Notes under the pieces: model-generated
Told to the model about the DNA's origin: nothing
The model's input: only the letters and a program-made list of their open reading frames with translations
Database searches by the model: none
Part shown: one piece after another, positions 32,663-45,020 of the stretch
Layout: every line of letters begins with the position of its first letter
Position numbering within the stretch: position 1 is the first letter of the stretch
Translations under genes and position numbers: made by a program
Origin: Takakia lepidozioides
Lineage: Eukaryota; Plantae; Bryophyta
Assembly (NCBI GenBank): GCA_030704615.1
Contig: CM060731.1
Coordinates: 24,304,001 to 24,368,000, forward strand
DNA: 64,000 nt
Reading direction: 5' to 3'

Positions 32663-34650
32663 ATGCGTTCAGAAACCACATTTGTCTGGCAGTCGGCGAG
32701 AGTGGAGAGTTCCATCAGCAAAGTATCGCCTTCATGGGGATCACAGACGTCTGTCGAGAGGTTCCATAGTCACGCCCGGAACAACAGCTTCGGTGGCTCA
32801 GGTGCCCAAAACTCTGCCCATCAAAGAGAAGAGACAACCTCCACCACATTTGTTGATATCTCTGATAGCTCAGAAGAGGACGTGTCGGAGCTCCCACCTC
32901 CTCCGAATCAACATCTGCTGGGGGACCCCGATGTGCAAGAAATTGCAAGTGTCATACCGAAGTTGCAGTCCTTGAGGGGGTTGCCAGGATGCAAGAGTGA
33001 TGTGAGAGGCATTGACTGGGATACACAGCGAATCGTTAGAGCAAAATACCTACCCAATGAATTTAACGGTGATATCATTTTTGAGCTGCCACCAGCGACA
33101 TCCTCTGGGGGATTGGCAGGACGAATGGCGGGCATGGACAAGAAGCACGATGGACATCCATGGTGCCGGACGAAAACTTCCAATATATGCAATCCGCATG
33201 GCTTGAAGTTCCGTAGATCGATTTGCGTTGGACACCTTCGTTGTCCAAATGCATCTTTCCAGCACTTCCAAATGGACGGTTTGGCAAACGAGACGGAATG
33301 GGAAGGTGTCAGCGACAACCCTTTCAAAGTAGGTTGTGCTCCTGCAAGCAGTAGTACTCTTGTTTGCAAGTTCTGTAAATTGGTCCCACAGTGCATCGCA
33401 GATTGCAATGCACGTATGTACTACGTGCTTCACAATTGCAGTTACCTCACAAGGGCATGTATCCATATCGACATTCATGCACATCCGGTGTCCCGAGGAC
33501 AGTGCAGAGAGACAATTGATACAGTCCGTTCACTGCTTCAACACGAAATTCATATGCTCCTGGTGCATCGCCATCAGCCATTGCTTTGGCAGCAAGCAAA
33601 GGATTCCTACAAAAGTATTTGTTTGGGGAATCGCCGGAGTCCACCACTAAATTTGACACTGCCTCCCTTGACGATGTTCTGGACCATTTCTCAACATTGA
33701 GTTCTCCGAATGTGCGAATCAAATCAACGTCCTAAGAAGGGGTGCTGCCAACACAGGCTTTATGGATAGCATCCTGGAGTTAAAGCGTATAAGCCGATAT
33801 GACTTCATTCAGGACAGTGTTTTCCCGGGGCAAGGTGCCAGGAAAGTGTACTTATTCAAGATGTCCACAATTGGTGAGGGATCGGGAGTTAGTCTGGTGC
33901 GAAGAATGCAGCCTGGTGGTGATCTTCATAAATCATGGGTTATGTTTGATCACGTGAAACGTGTGAAGGACTGGACGACCATGGCCTGTCATGTATACGA
34001 TCCTGCATACCAGAGAGTGATGACTGTTGCTGTTTGTGACATGCAGTCGGAGGACATAGAGTCACAAATTCTTATGTGGAAGTCCCTTGTTAACGTCGTG
34101 ACAACTCATGGTGTCCCAGATCCAAACTTCACTGGGTTCATGGCTGACAGCGCTCAAGCGAATTGGAATGTTGTCCGTACAATTTTTGGTTCAGGCGACC
34201 CCAAAGTACCAATGGAAGGTCGGGAACACACTTGCCTCTTTCATTGGAGCCAGTCCCTACAACGCCACACAAAGAGTTCCATAAAACTGGAGTTGCGGGA
34301 GGAGCATATGAGACTATGTCGTCTGTATAAAGATGCCACCTCCAAACAGGAAGCCAACTCTATGTTCCAGACTATTCGAGCATGGTGGTACTCATCTGAG
34401 GCAGCCAGTCTGGATGGAATCAAAGAACTGGAAGACTGGTTGGGGTTCTGGCACTTCAGATATAGACAGTGGGGTGCCTTCATGACAACTGTAAGTTATT
34501 AGCGGATTAGCATGATTTTCCTTTATTCCTTCTCGTCGGGAGATATATCATGGAACGAACAGGCCCTCCAATCCAGTTCTTATGCTGCTATACGTAATCA
34601 TGCTTGTGTTGAATTGCATGCAGAACATGTCACTGGAGGACGTCCCACTG
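32663..34650 (+). pseudogene. Mutator-like transposase with a GCM/WRKY-type zinc-binding N-terminal domain; frameshifted and apparently 3'-truncated
   Basis: DGHPW...CVGHLRCPN...CKFC...C...HAHP; MFDHVKR (first D), FMADSAQA (second D), CLFHW (CxxH); GT-AG intron about 34491-34623; no catalytic E region seen after it. Confidence 0.8.
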
Positions 34651-34825
34651 ACGTTCATACACTTCTATAGCGTGATAGGATTACTGAAATGTGAGTGTGT
34701 TCAGAAGGAGTTGGATTCTTTGACAATGACTCCACTTTGTTCAATGTAATGTTTTTAACATGTTCTATTTCTGTTTTGGCTGAATCTGTTTTCGGTTTGT
34801 TTGTTTTGGGGTTGGAGGTTTTTCC

Positions 34826-35535
34826 AATTAAGATGTCGTTGATGACACCTTTATCCACCCACCTGCACACGCATTGCCTTCATACCTTTGTTGGATTCAT
34901 ATTTTTTGGGTTATTTGGATTTTTGGATGAATTGAAATGTCGCAAAAGGTGGTGGGAAATAAGATGTCGTTGACGACACCTTAATTCCTCCAAACTGCAC
35001 ATGCACCGCCGTGAAAGTTTTGTTCAGGTGGTCGGAATTAAGATGTCGTTGACGACATCTTAATCCCCCCGACCTGCACACGCACCGCCTTCAAAATTCT
35101 GTTGAGGTTGTTGGAATTAAGATGTCGTTGACGACACCTTAATCCCCCCTGCACACGCACCGCCTGTAAAGCTTTTCTGGATTCATTTTTTTCTAGTTTT
35201 TTGGGTTTTTCCATGAACTGTCATATCGCAACAGGTTGTGGGAGTTAAGACGTCGTTGACGACACCTTAATCGCCGCGTCTTGCACACGCACCGCCTTCA
35301 AAGTTTTGATGGATTTCTGTTTTTTCCTTTTTTGGGCCATAATCTGAAAAGACATGTGGCAGCAGCTGGTGGGATTTAAGATGTCGTTGACGACACCTTA
35401 ATCGCCACGACCTGCACAGGTGTCGGCTTTATAGTTTTGTTGGATTCAAATTTTCTGGTTTTTTGGGATTTTCCATGAAATGTTTGTGGCAACAGGAGGT
35501 GGGAATTAAGATGTCGTTGACAACACCTTAATCCC
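34826..35535. repeat. Second array (7 units) of the same palindromic repeat
   Basis: ATTAAGATGTCGTTGACGACACCTTAAT-like units near 34826, 34958, 35036, 35115, 35244, 35375 and 35504. Confidence 0.92.
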
Positions 35536-36997
35536 CCCCCCCCCCCACCTGGACACACACCGCCTTCAATGTTTTTTCGGACTCAATTTTTTAGGTTCAT
35601 TGTTTTTGAAGAAATGTTTCTGCGATTTGGTTTTGTCCTCCATTCTCATGTTCTATCCTCCTCCCTCCTCTGCAGCCCCACCCCCATCAGAAGAGTCCAT
35701 AGGTAACTCAAATTTACTCCTGTATGTAATTGCCTTCTAACTTCAACAGTTTCCTTCAAGTTCCCTCAAAGAAAGTACTGCCAGGATCAGCCGACAAATC
35801 TGAAATTCAGGACACACTCGAGATGCAATTGCTCCACGTGAAACAAAAATGATCATGGTTCATCCATTTTGCTCATTTCTCATCCAACAGTCATCCACCA
35901 TTCATCCTTTCCACTTTTCATTCATCCTGAAACCATTCATTCGTCGGCTTTTTCATCGCACATTCGTACCATACGGTCGTCATGGAGCTTGGATTGTCCC
36001 GTCGGATGGGGTGTGCATGCGTCCGTTCATTGTAGTTTTTTTCCACGGCAATAGGCCCTCTTCTTCCCTCGGTTGTAGGCTCCCATTCACTAATTTGCTC
36101 ACGCTTTGAATCTGCTCACGCTTTAGGGATTCTGCTCACGTTTTCCACTTTAAGCGTGAGCGTGCTCACGTGAGCTGCTCACACGGTAGCTGCCCTCTTC
36201 CATTGTCTCGTGGCTGAACCTGGCTATGCAGAAATATAAAGTGCCTTCCAACCAAAAAATATATATATATCGCCTCCCGAAGGAAGCATCCAATGTGGTA
36301 TGTGCCCATTACCACTAGGCTACATGCTGGTTATTGCCTTCCAACAACAAGTACTAGGGCTTCGCGTTGCTCCACACTACTAGCGATGAATTCTGAGAAC
36401 TATGTTCAATTTTCACAAAAAAAGGGTGGGTCATCCCCACGGTGTTACATGCAGAGATCCCGTGTTTTGTTTTCTTATGGTAGAAAAATGGCGGATCTGC
36501 ATTTCAATATTCAATTTTCACAAGCCGCATCAATCAATAACAACATACCCAAATACCCTTACATTCACTATATGAACTTTCAAGCATCCACCATGAGATT
36601 GGATCTTGGTGGGTTAAGAACGTAAGGCTAGCTTCTGACAATATTCATGCAAGTTCGTCAAGGGCTCCATCCAAAGCCACACTACGAGAAACAAACAAAC
36701 ATGTCCAAATTTAAGATGCTGAACAAACTTGTGTATAGGGCTGCCCCTCTCATCAAGCTCATTAAAATTTGTATTCACTTCCATCTTCAAGCTTTGGAGA
36801 AGCTCCACCACCCAAACTTAGAATTAGGACAACACCAAAATCAATCAAAAATCACCCCTTCAGTCAAGTGCAATTGTGGGCTGACTTCCCACCTATGCCG
36901 GGTAGACACCACTATCAGGAAATGGTGGATGGTCTGAGTAGCTACACAGATCAATAAATGAAGCAAGACACTAGCATCTTTCCATGAAAACATCCTT

Positions 36998-38526
36998 TCA
37001 CTAGTAATCACCACAAGAACAAATCCCATCTTCGAAGTGGTGGAAAGTAGTTAGCGTCCCATACAATAATTCCTCGGCCAACAATCTTTGAGATGAATTT
37101 GGTGGAGGTGTGGCAGTGTCCACACACTCAAAGATTCTTGATGAGTCGTGTTGATCAGCCCAAAACCAATGGCCAGCTTCTCACTGTGGTGGCAAAGAGA
37201 AAAGTCATTTCCTCCACATCATGCAATAAAAAACGTGTGTCAGGCACATACCCCGCCTCCTTCATCTGCCCAGACAATCTTCTTAGCTCAGCATGGATTT
37301 CCTTAATTCTGGGATGCAACTTGTCATCTTCGATAGTGTTGAAATTAACTCCCTTCGCATCCTTAATGCACCCACATTTGGCATACATTGTCCACCAGGG
37401 CAATGTTCAGGATGACATCTGGTACAATTCCAGCTTTGACGATGTCACCATGGACCTCTTTCCCCTTTTCCAGAGCTCCCAGGCTTGCACACACATTTCC
37501 AAACACAAACAAATGTGATGTGGTTGGTTTTCACCCCTTCACACATCATTTGCTCATAGGTCTCCAACGCCTCTATCCCGCACCCTTGCTGTGCATATCT
37601 TGCAATCATCACACTCCACGACACCACGTCACGTTCAGCCATACTGTCAAACACTCCATTTTACATCCTCGATGCACCCACATTTGACATACATGTCCAC
37701 CAGGGCAGTGATCAGAATGACACCGGGTACAATTCGAGATTTGTTAATGTCACCATAGACCTCTTTGCACTTTTCCAAGGCTGCCAGGCTTGCACATGCA
37801 TTGCAAATGCAAACAAACGTCATGTGGTTGGGCTTCACCCCCTTCGCACATCATTTGCTCATAGGTCTCCAAAGCCTCCATCCCGCGCCCTTGCTGTGCA
37901 TATCCTACAATCATCGCACTCCATGACACCACATCTCGTTCAGCCATACGGTCGAACACTCCCTTCATACATGTCCATGGGGGTATTGTTCAGAATGACA
38001 TTTGGTACAATTACAGCTCTGACAATGTCACCATGGACCTCTTTGCCCTTTTCTAGAGCTGCTAGGCTTGCGCACGCATTGCAAACGCACACAAACGTGA
38101 TGTGGTTGGGCTTCACCCCTTCTCCCATCATTTGTTTTAAGTCTCCAAAGCCTCCATACCACAACCTTGCTGTGCATACCCTGCAAGCATCGCGTCCCAT
38201 GGCACCACATCTCGTTCAGCCATAGTGTTGAAAACTCCCTTTGCATCCTTAATGCACCCACATTTGGCATTCATGTCCACCAAAGCAGTTTTCATAATGA
38301 CATCTGGTACAATTCCAGCTTTGACGATGTCACCATGGACCTCTTTCCCTTTTTCCAAAGCTCCCCGGCTTGCACACGCATTGTAAACACAAACAAATGT
38401 GATGTGGTTGGGCTTCACCCTTTCGTGCAGCATTTGCTCATAGGTCTCCAAAGCATTCCTACCACACCCGTGCTTGGTAAATCCTGCCAACATTACGTTC
38501 CACATGACAGAGGTAGTTGTGAACAA
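36998..38526 (-). pseudogene. PLS-PPR gene with C-terminal DYW deaminase domain, pseudogenised
   Basis: PPR motifs, then HPRIKEIHAEL...AGYVPDT...HHSEKLA...VCGHCH...FHHFEDGICSCGDY followed by TAG TGA (terminal W mutated to a stop); E domains deleted; many frameshifts. Confidence 0.9.
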
Positions 38527-38635
38527 TTGTGAAAGACTGGGGTGGGACTAGGAAGGGGCCGGGGATGGTTGAGTTAGGTGGGCAATGACAGTTGTGGGGG
38601 CGGTTTGTCCGGTCGGGCAATGCAGGTAATGTCTG

Positions 38636-39061
38636 TTGTATTCACCATCTGCCCTCATTGACATGTATTGTAAATGTGGCAGCATATATGATGCAAACAG
38701 AGTGTTTGGAAAAATGGCTACAGGAAATGTTGTGTCATGGAGTGCAATGATTGTAGGATATGCCCGGCATGGGTTTGGAAAAGAGGCTTTGGAGACCTAT
38801 GAGAAAATGATACAAGAAGTGGTGACACCGGACCAGGTCAAGTTCATCTGCATTGTTAGTGCCTGTGCAAGCCTGGCAGCCCTAGAGAAGGGCAAAGTTG
38901 TCCATGCTGACATCATGAAAGCCAGAATTGTGACAGATATTGTTCTGGAAACTGCCCTGGTTGACATGTATGCCAAATGTAGCAACATACAGGATGCCCG
39001 ACATGTGTTTGACAATAAACATTTCACAGAGATCCTCCTTTCTGTTAGCTTAGAAATCTAG
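38636..39061 (+). pseudogene. PLS-class PPR fragment in the opposite orientation
   Basis: SALIDMYCKCGS...NVVSWSAMIVGYARHG...TALVDMYAKC; no start or C-terminal context. Confidence 0.85.
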
Positions 39062-42000
39062 AATGACATGGGAGGTGGGTTTGGAGATTTGGCTTCATAT
39101 ATGCGTGATGTTAATCCAAAATCTGCTAAATGACTTCAATTGCATCTTAGACTGCTTTCATTGGCATGTTCATGTGCATCCCTTTCAATATGGGGTTTTG
39201 GGATCCGAAAGCTTTTGTTCCATTTCCATTCGCAAGTAGAGATATCACCAGTCGGTTGGAGTGGTCTGTCACTACCCAAACTCGAAATGAATACACGTAC
39301 AAGAACCCAATTCGACACCCTCTGTCACTTTCGGGTTTGTGTCCAGCTGGCATAAAGCTTGTTCTCTTCTTTGGGAGTGGCTGTTACAGGGCTTTAGAAG
39401 TTCCACACTCATATGGTCACCGGATTTGCCTGGGTATCAAGACTACCGCATCCGTTGTGATGGCAATTCATTTCAGATAAGCAGGTTTCCATGCATCAGC
39501 TGATTCAGGGGAGCTAGTGTCCATTTTATCCATCAAGTCTGGTCTGACTATCAACATGTTTTGGCGGATAGTTCAATAACTTGAATCATAGTATGATCAG
39601 TCCACCAGAAACATGCATAGAGAGGCAAGGAGATCCTCTATATATATTCAGGTTCACTAGTTGTAGAGATTTTATAGCTGGACATCACCCTGAGCTGCGT
39701 TAGTGCACCGGTCTCCTGGACAAAGCATGCAGAGCACGAGTCAGTAAAGGATATCGAAATGACTGAATTGCGGGTGCATTGGTACTGTGTAATAAGAGTT
39801 GGGTCTTCATAGTCTGGAAGCAGTAGGATTCTCATCCCGAGGATCAGCATAGGTTGGCACCTTTAGGAACTTTAGGTAGGAATTCTCTGACTCAATACGC
39901 GCGCCCTGTTGCCACACAAAATGTTCGGGTGCAGGTACCCTAGCTACGTGGTCACAATCCCAGGATTCAGGTTCAATCCATTCAGCTGTTTTAACAGTTC
40001 GCATTGGGATCAGGCTGAGTTTCCAGAAAACTAATTTGTTAGATCATGGCTGCATTGACATCATGCTATTTAAAAGTTGATCATGAACCTCCTCTTTTTC
40101 TTTTTCTTTTGAAGGCAGATGTCTCGCTTGAACAAATTTGTTGGTGCTAAAATGGTTGGGAAAGGTAAACAAAAAGAGTAATAAGAAGTAAAGAAGACAG
40201 AGACACTTCCCAACCGGAAAGCAAAGTTACCACTGATTGTATATTTAGTATAAGCAGGCTCTGACCTTTATATTCCACAGGAAAGACAGAGTCATCCGCC
40301 TGTGATCCGTAGGCATATGAGTGAAACTCAAAACCTCTCTTGATCAAGAGCACAAACTGCATAAGCAATCTAACCTGAACAAGATGAGCTTGCAGTGTAC
40401 CCGATAGCCAAGAACTTCTCCTCTCAAAGCAAGTCCAAATTCTGCTGCAGCAGGTCCAATCAACGTATCAAGCACAAACAACTCTGGCGCTGAGAAGTTT
40501 GGTAGCGACTCCAAAATTCTTACAGGGAATCAAGTGACTTTTCAGGCAGGGGGCCTTTTGGGAGAGGAAAAGATGTATCGGGTGTTTCATTTCCCAGACA
40601 TGGTGTTGATATTGGCCCCTTCATGAGGAGGGGGCAGCGGGGGCTTTTAGGATAGGAAAATATGTATCAGGGGGGTCATTGTCAATCTATACAAGAAGGG
40701 TGATAGAGAAGAACCGGGGAACTACCGTGGCATCACGCTCCTCAATGCTGTTGGCAAGACATTCTGTAGAGTTATAAGTACTCGTCTCGAGGTTGATCTG
40801 GAGTCTAGATGTTTCCACGAAGGCCAAGCTGGCTTTCGGCAAAACAAGCTGTGTGGATCATATCTTCACTCTAAGCCAGATTATCCAAGGAAGGAAAAAA
40901 GAAGGGAACCCACTTCTGATTTTTTCCTGGATGTCAAAAAGGCTTATGACACAGTGTGGAGAGATGGCCTATGGTTCTGCCTTTGGTCTTGTGGGATCAA
41001 GGGAAAGAATTGGAGAGTTGTCCACAACTTGTATGCTCACACCAAAAGCTGTGTCGCTATTAATGGACAGAAGTCCAACTTCTTTGACATAGACCAAGGT
41101 GTAGCTCAAGGATGTACTCTCTCCCCTCTGCTCTTCAATGTTTTCATCAATCAACTCCTCGAGGATGTGGAAAGTGAGGGATTTGGGTTAAGGGTGGGTG
41201 ATACCACCATACCAGCCCTTATGTTTCTTCGCAGGCATAGGGGAGTGTCGCGCGGCTTTTACTCACCCATCCCTTCGCTATTCGAGGCGGAAACTCCAAG
41301 ATAGAAGAGTTGGAAATCTCTAAGTACTCAGCCCGCGCAGAACAATCAGTCATGACCTACAGCTAGTGTATCATGGGGGTGTTTCCTATTTGTTTCCCTT
41401 TTGGTATTCATGTTAGCTATCTTACCATTGATAATTAAGTATCAGTTTGCTTTATCAATCTATTGGATTCCATCAACTCATCCATTCATTTCACAGCTTC
41501 ACTCAGATCTCTCTACACAGTGTGATTGTATCGTAAAAGTATCCGATTATGATTTATCAGGTATCAGGCCGAAGCCATTGTGTCTCTAATCTGCTCTACA
41601 ATATCATTACAGCCTTGCATATATCAAGCATCTACTCATCATCTCTCTATCTTCACTTCCGTTCTTCATCTCTGCCCGATCCCCTCTCCTCCATGACCAA
41701 GAAGTCCTCCTCCGAATGATATCCCTCAATTCCTCGTTTCTCCCTTTATCTTCCTATCCGTGGTTCTAACCGTTTCCCTCACTAACCGTCGTCTGTGAAC
41801 TAACATATTCCCTTCGCAGGTGTTGTTCCCCACAGTCGTTCCCTGTCCTACTCTTCGTTCCCTATGATCGTGACAGCTGTGTCAAGCTGTGACTGGCTGT
41901 GTGAAACTGTGACGGGCTGTGACTGGCTGTGCGACTGTGTTTGGCTGTGTCGGGCTGTGACTGGTTGTGTGGCTGTGACGGGCTGTGTCTGCTGTGACGA

Positions 42001-42363
42001 CTGTGACGGGCTGTGTTGGCTGTGTCGGCTGTGTCGGCTGTGACGACTGTGACGGGCTGTGTAACCCCCCTCTACAGTGCGCTGCTGTCACCCCTAAGGC
42101 TCCTGTTGGTCTCAGTCTGTGCAAAAATTAAGGGTACCCTACAGATCCCGTATAAGTGTCTAAGTCCCCGACAGTCCTCTAACATTACCCCTTCCCCCCT
42201 CAAAAAGCCGTGTCCTCACGGTTTACTGATTTCGACTAGCAAACCTTTGTGAGTGAGCACCTTTTTGACGTTGAGAGTTTCGTGGCGGACTGTGTGTACG
42301 AGCCCGAGGTCTGTCTCTGGTTGACGGAGATGGTTGATCACTACCTGGATAAGTGAGGCCCGG

Positions 42364-44457
42364 CTAATATCGAGGTAATCTTTCCGGCATAGGAGACCCC
42401 CGTCGCTTCTTCTCTGCCATCTGAACTGCATAGTCTTCTCCCATGTCAGAAGAATTCGGTGAAGAAACAGTTGTATCAGAATCCTCATCGCCTCTCAGGT
42501 GTTTTAATTTTTGAACTTTTTGTGGAATCATCTGGGGCATACAATGCTGTCCTACCATGTCTGGAAGTTTGTATTTTACAACTTGGTGTAACCGCTGAAC
42601 AGCAAAATTGGTGTAGACATTGAGCTCCTTGTCTGTCCAGGTGAGTGGGGTACCAATTACTGGTGCAGCGTGCAAGTATTTCCATGCCACATGTCCCTTA
42701 TAGAAAATGTCATCAATGCCGAATTTCTGTGTTGACAAATGGTTCCAGGCCGCTTGTAACCATGAACGAATTTGAGAATCCTTTTGCATCATAACTTTTG
42801 GGTCATATAGGTACATATGAGGTGGCACCGAAGGTAATACCCAATGATCTCCACTGGAATAACTCAGAAAGCGTGTTTGCATCTTTTGTTGCTCAATGTG
42901 GTAACGTACCAGAAAACAAGCAGCGTAGTATAACCCCCATCCCATGACAATACTTGCTACCTCCTTGGTCTTGGTATAAATGAGTCCATGTACAACCTGG
43001 AAAGCAATCAATTCCCTCAACATGGTACCTGCCTCGTGCCAGTATTGTGCAAAGTGATGATCTTCAATATGTCGATTGTTCGGAAGAACTTTAGTCCTAG
43101 TTGCCACTGGCAGCCAAATACGCATGATTTGGTAGTAATGTGCGAATGACTGCGGAGGACTAAATTCTTTCCAAGCCAAATCCAACATGATGGGAATTTG
43201 GTTGAAGGGCATAATCATAGCCCTACTGTATTCCCTTGCAGCTGGAGTTTTAGGTGGGTTAAAAGCGGCATTGCCCCATACCTCCGGCTGTGGTGGCTGT
43301 GGTGTGGTTGTAGTAACCACAGGTTCAGCTACTGGTACAGTGACTTGTTGTGGTGGTGGTGGTACTGGCTCTTGTATCATTGGCATCTCCTGCACCTCCT
43401 GTGAAGACTGAAAAGCCAAAGTTCTGGCTTGTAAATAAGAAGCCATTAGCTGTTCCTGAGGGATATAGACTCTTTTGTCGATGTTTGAAGTGAGGTCTTC
43501 CACTTGAGTCTGCAGTCCGTCTACATCCTCTTGTAACTCTGCTATCCTACTATAGACATTGTCTATAGTAGTTGTGGCAATGTTCTGCACCTGCAGCCTG
43601 AGCTCATTCATCTCGCTTTGGGTGAGCTTTCGTGGTGCTTTGCCCTCTACTAGCCCTTGTGCTAACCAGACCTGCATAAGGCTGTTATCCACCAAGTTGC
43701 TTGTGGTTCCCCTGAGAGTTTGTTCCTCTCTTAGCTTGTACAGTTCCAACTGCTGTTGTAAAGCCTCCATGCGCTTCGCCTGAGGTTCAACCAATTGCGC
43801 ATAAGCAGCAAGTAGATTATTGGCTTCCTTCCAAGCCTTGTTATTGACCGAGATTTCATTTCTATTGGCCATGATGGTTTGTTGCAACTCCACGATGTGC
43901 TTCTCTTGATCAGCTTCAATCTGCTTGTATTGCTTGAAAGTATCTTCATTGCGACAGATTGTATTCTTCATATCGACAATGAGCTTCATTTGCTCAACAT
44001 TCTCTTCTTCTGCCTTCGTACATTTTTCCGCTTGACTGTTTATTTCTTTTGTAGATTGGTCAAGCATAGTTGTGAATGTAGCACATTGTATCGTTATCCT
44101 GTCATGCACTGTCTGCAACTCCGTATGTAGTGCATGCACTTCTTGCAACTTGCTTTCATGCTGCACCTGCATTTGGTATAGCTGTTGCTTATGTGCTTCG
44201 TGCAACTGGTCTTGCGCGAGGCCTGCCTCAATCAATTGTTCCTTGGCCAATTGCAAAGCCACTTCTGTATTTCCCAAGTCCTGCTGTATCTTGAGAGTGA
44301 CCTCTTCATCGACCTTGTTTGCACACTCAGTGGCTAGTCGAGCCTCAAACTCCTTCCTGAGTTCCTCTCTCAAGGTTGTCAATTGGGTAATTGGAACATG
44401 GGATTTGACATAAGTCCCCAACAAATTAAGTGTCCTGCCTATGGAACTCATCAGCAT
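42364..44457 (-). CDS. 697-aa orphan ORF: long coiled coil, Pro/Thr-rich linker, globular C-terminal region
   Basis: Uninterrupted ORF inside the LTR element; Glu/Gln/Leu heptad-rich N-terminal half; no gag/pol motifs recognised. Confidence 0.7.
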   Translation of the reverse strand: MLMSSIGRTLNLLGTYVKSHVPITQLTTLREELRKEFEARLATECANKVDEEVTLKIQQDLGNTEVALQLAKEQLIEAGLAQDQLHEAHKQQLYQMQVQHESKLQEVHALHTELQTVHDRITIQCATFTTMLDQSTKEINSQAEKCTKAEEENVEQMKLIVDMKNTICRNEDTFKQYKQIEADQEKHIVELQQTIMANRNEISVNNKAWKEANNLLAAYAQLVEPQAKRMEALQQQLELYKLREEQTLRGTTSNLVDNSLMQVWLAQGLVEGKAPRKLTQSEMNELRLQVQNIATTTIDNVYSRIAELQEDVDGLQTQVEDLTSNIDKRVYIPQEQLMASYLQARTLAFQSSQEVQEMPMIQEPVPPPPQQVTVPVAEPVVTTTTPQPPQPEVWGNAAFNPPKTPAAREYSRAMIMPFNQIPIMLDLAWKEFSPPQSFAHYYQIMRIWLPVATRTKVLPNNRHIEDHHFAQYWHEAGTMLRELIAFQVVHGLIYTKTKEVASIVMGWGLYYAACFLVRYHIEQQKMQTRFLSYSSGDHWVLPSVPPHMYLYDPKVMMQKDSQIRSWLQAAWNHLSTQKFGIDDIFYKGHVAWKYLHAAPVIGTPLTWTDKELNVYTNFAVQRLHQVVKYKLPDMVGQHCMPQMIPQKVQKLKHLRGDEDSDTTVSSPNSSDMGEDYAVQMAEKKRRGSPMPERLPRY

Positions 44458-45020
44458 TGCCTGTTGAGGGTCATCATGGTGAGGTTGCTGCTGGCAGGTG
44501 CTGGCACCCTTGCTGGTGCTGGTCCTTCTGGACCTGTTGTTTTTGTGGTGGATCTTCCACCAAGTGGTGGCCCTTGAGCACTCCCTGCTTCTGGCCCCAC
44601 GATATTCACAGTATTCCCAGCTTCAGTTGCACTACTTCCCACACTCCCTGTCCCCCCAGAGCCAGATCCAGGCAGCCCGCCTGATCCCCCTGAGCCGACA
44701 CCTTCGTTGGCCTGTGATCCAAGTGCTCCACTTGATCCAGGTCCAACAGGTTGGGATGTCCTGGTTGTAGTCTCAACCTCAGCTGTTGGGTCTACTTCTT
44801 CATATTCTTCCTCTTCTAATTTCTTCTCTCTGTTTTCATCCTCCAAGTTCTGCCCTTGGGTTTCTTCTTCACTCATGTAACTCAACTGTAATGGTGTTGG
44901 AGAGTCTGAACTCTCCGTTGGCTCTGCCACATCCTCTTCTCCTTCTTCACCTTCTGCTTCAGAAACTGGAGTTCCTGCTTTTGGTGTTCCATGCCAACTC
45001 TTATCAAAGATTTCTGTCAA
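44451..45020 (-). CDS. Acidic, Gly/Ser-rich ORF, probably the frameshifted N-terminus of the 42364-44457 protein
   Basis: Overlaps the start of the downstream ORF by 7 nt on the same strand. Confidence 0.5.
   Translation of the reverse strand: MTEIFDKSWHGTPKAGTPVSEAEGEEGEEDVAEPTESSDSPTPLQLSYMSEEETQGQNLEDENREKKLEEEEYEEVDPTAEVETTTRTSQPVGPGSSGALGSQANEGVGSGGSGGLPGSGSGGTGSVGSSATEAGNTVNIVGPEAGSAQGPPLGGRSTTKTTGPEGPAPARVPAPASSNLTMMTLNRQC

Larger units (their letters stand above)
15458..36197. mobile_element. Putative large Mutator-like (MULE) DNA transposon with nested insertions
   Basis: Imperfect 35-bp TIRs (27/35 matches): GGGGGATGCTATTGTGTGAGCAG... versus reverse complement GAGGGCAGCTACCGTGTGAGCAG.... 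Inverted subterminal GTGAGCA and GGATGAATG motif clusters at both ends; flanks GGCCATTG / TTCCATTG (6/8, same register); MULE transposase inside. Confidence 0.7.

Noticed and set aside
39100-40650. Host gene exons
   Set aside because: Short ORFs with stops and no recognisable motifs; cannot be supported.
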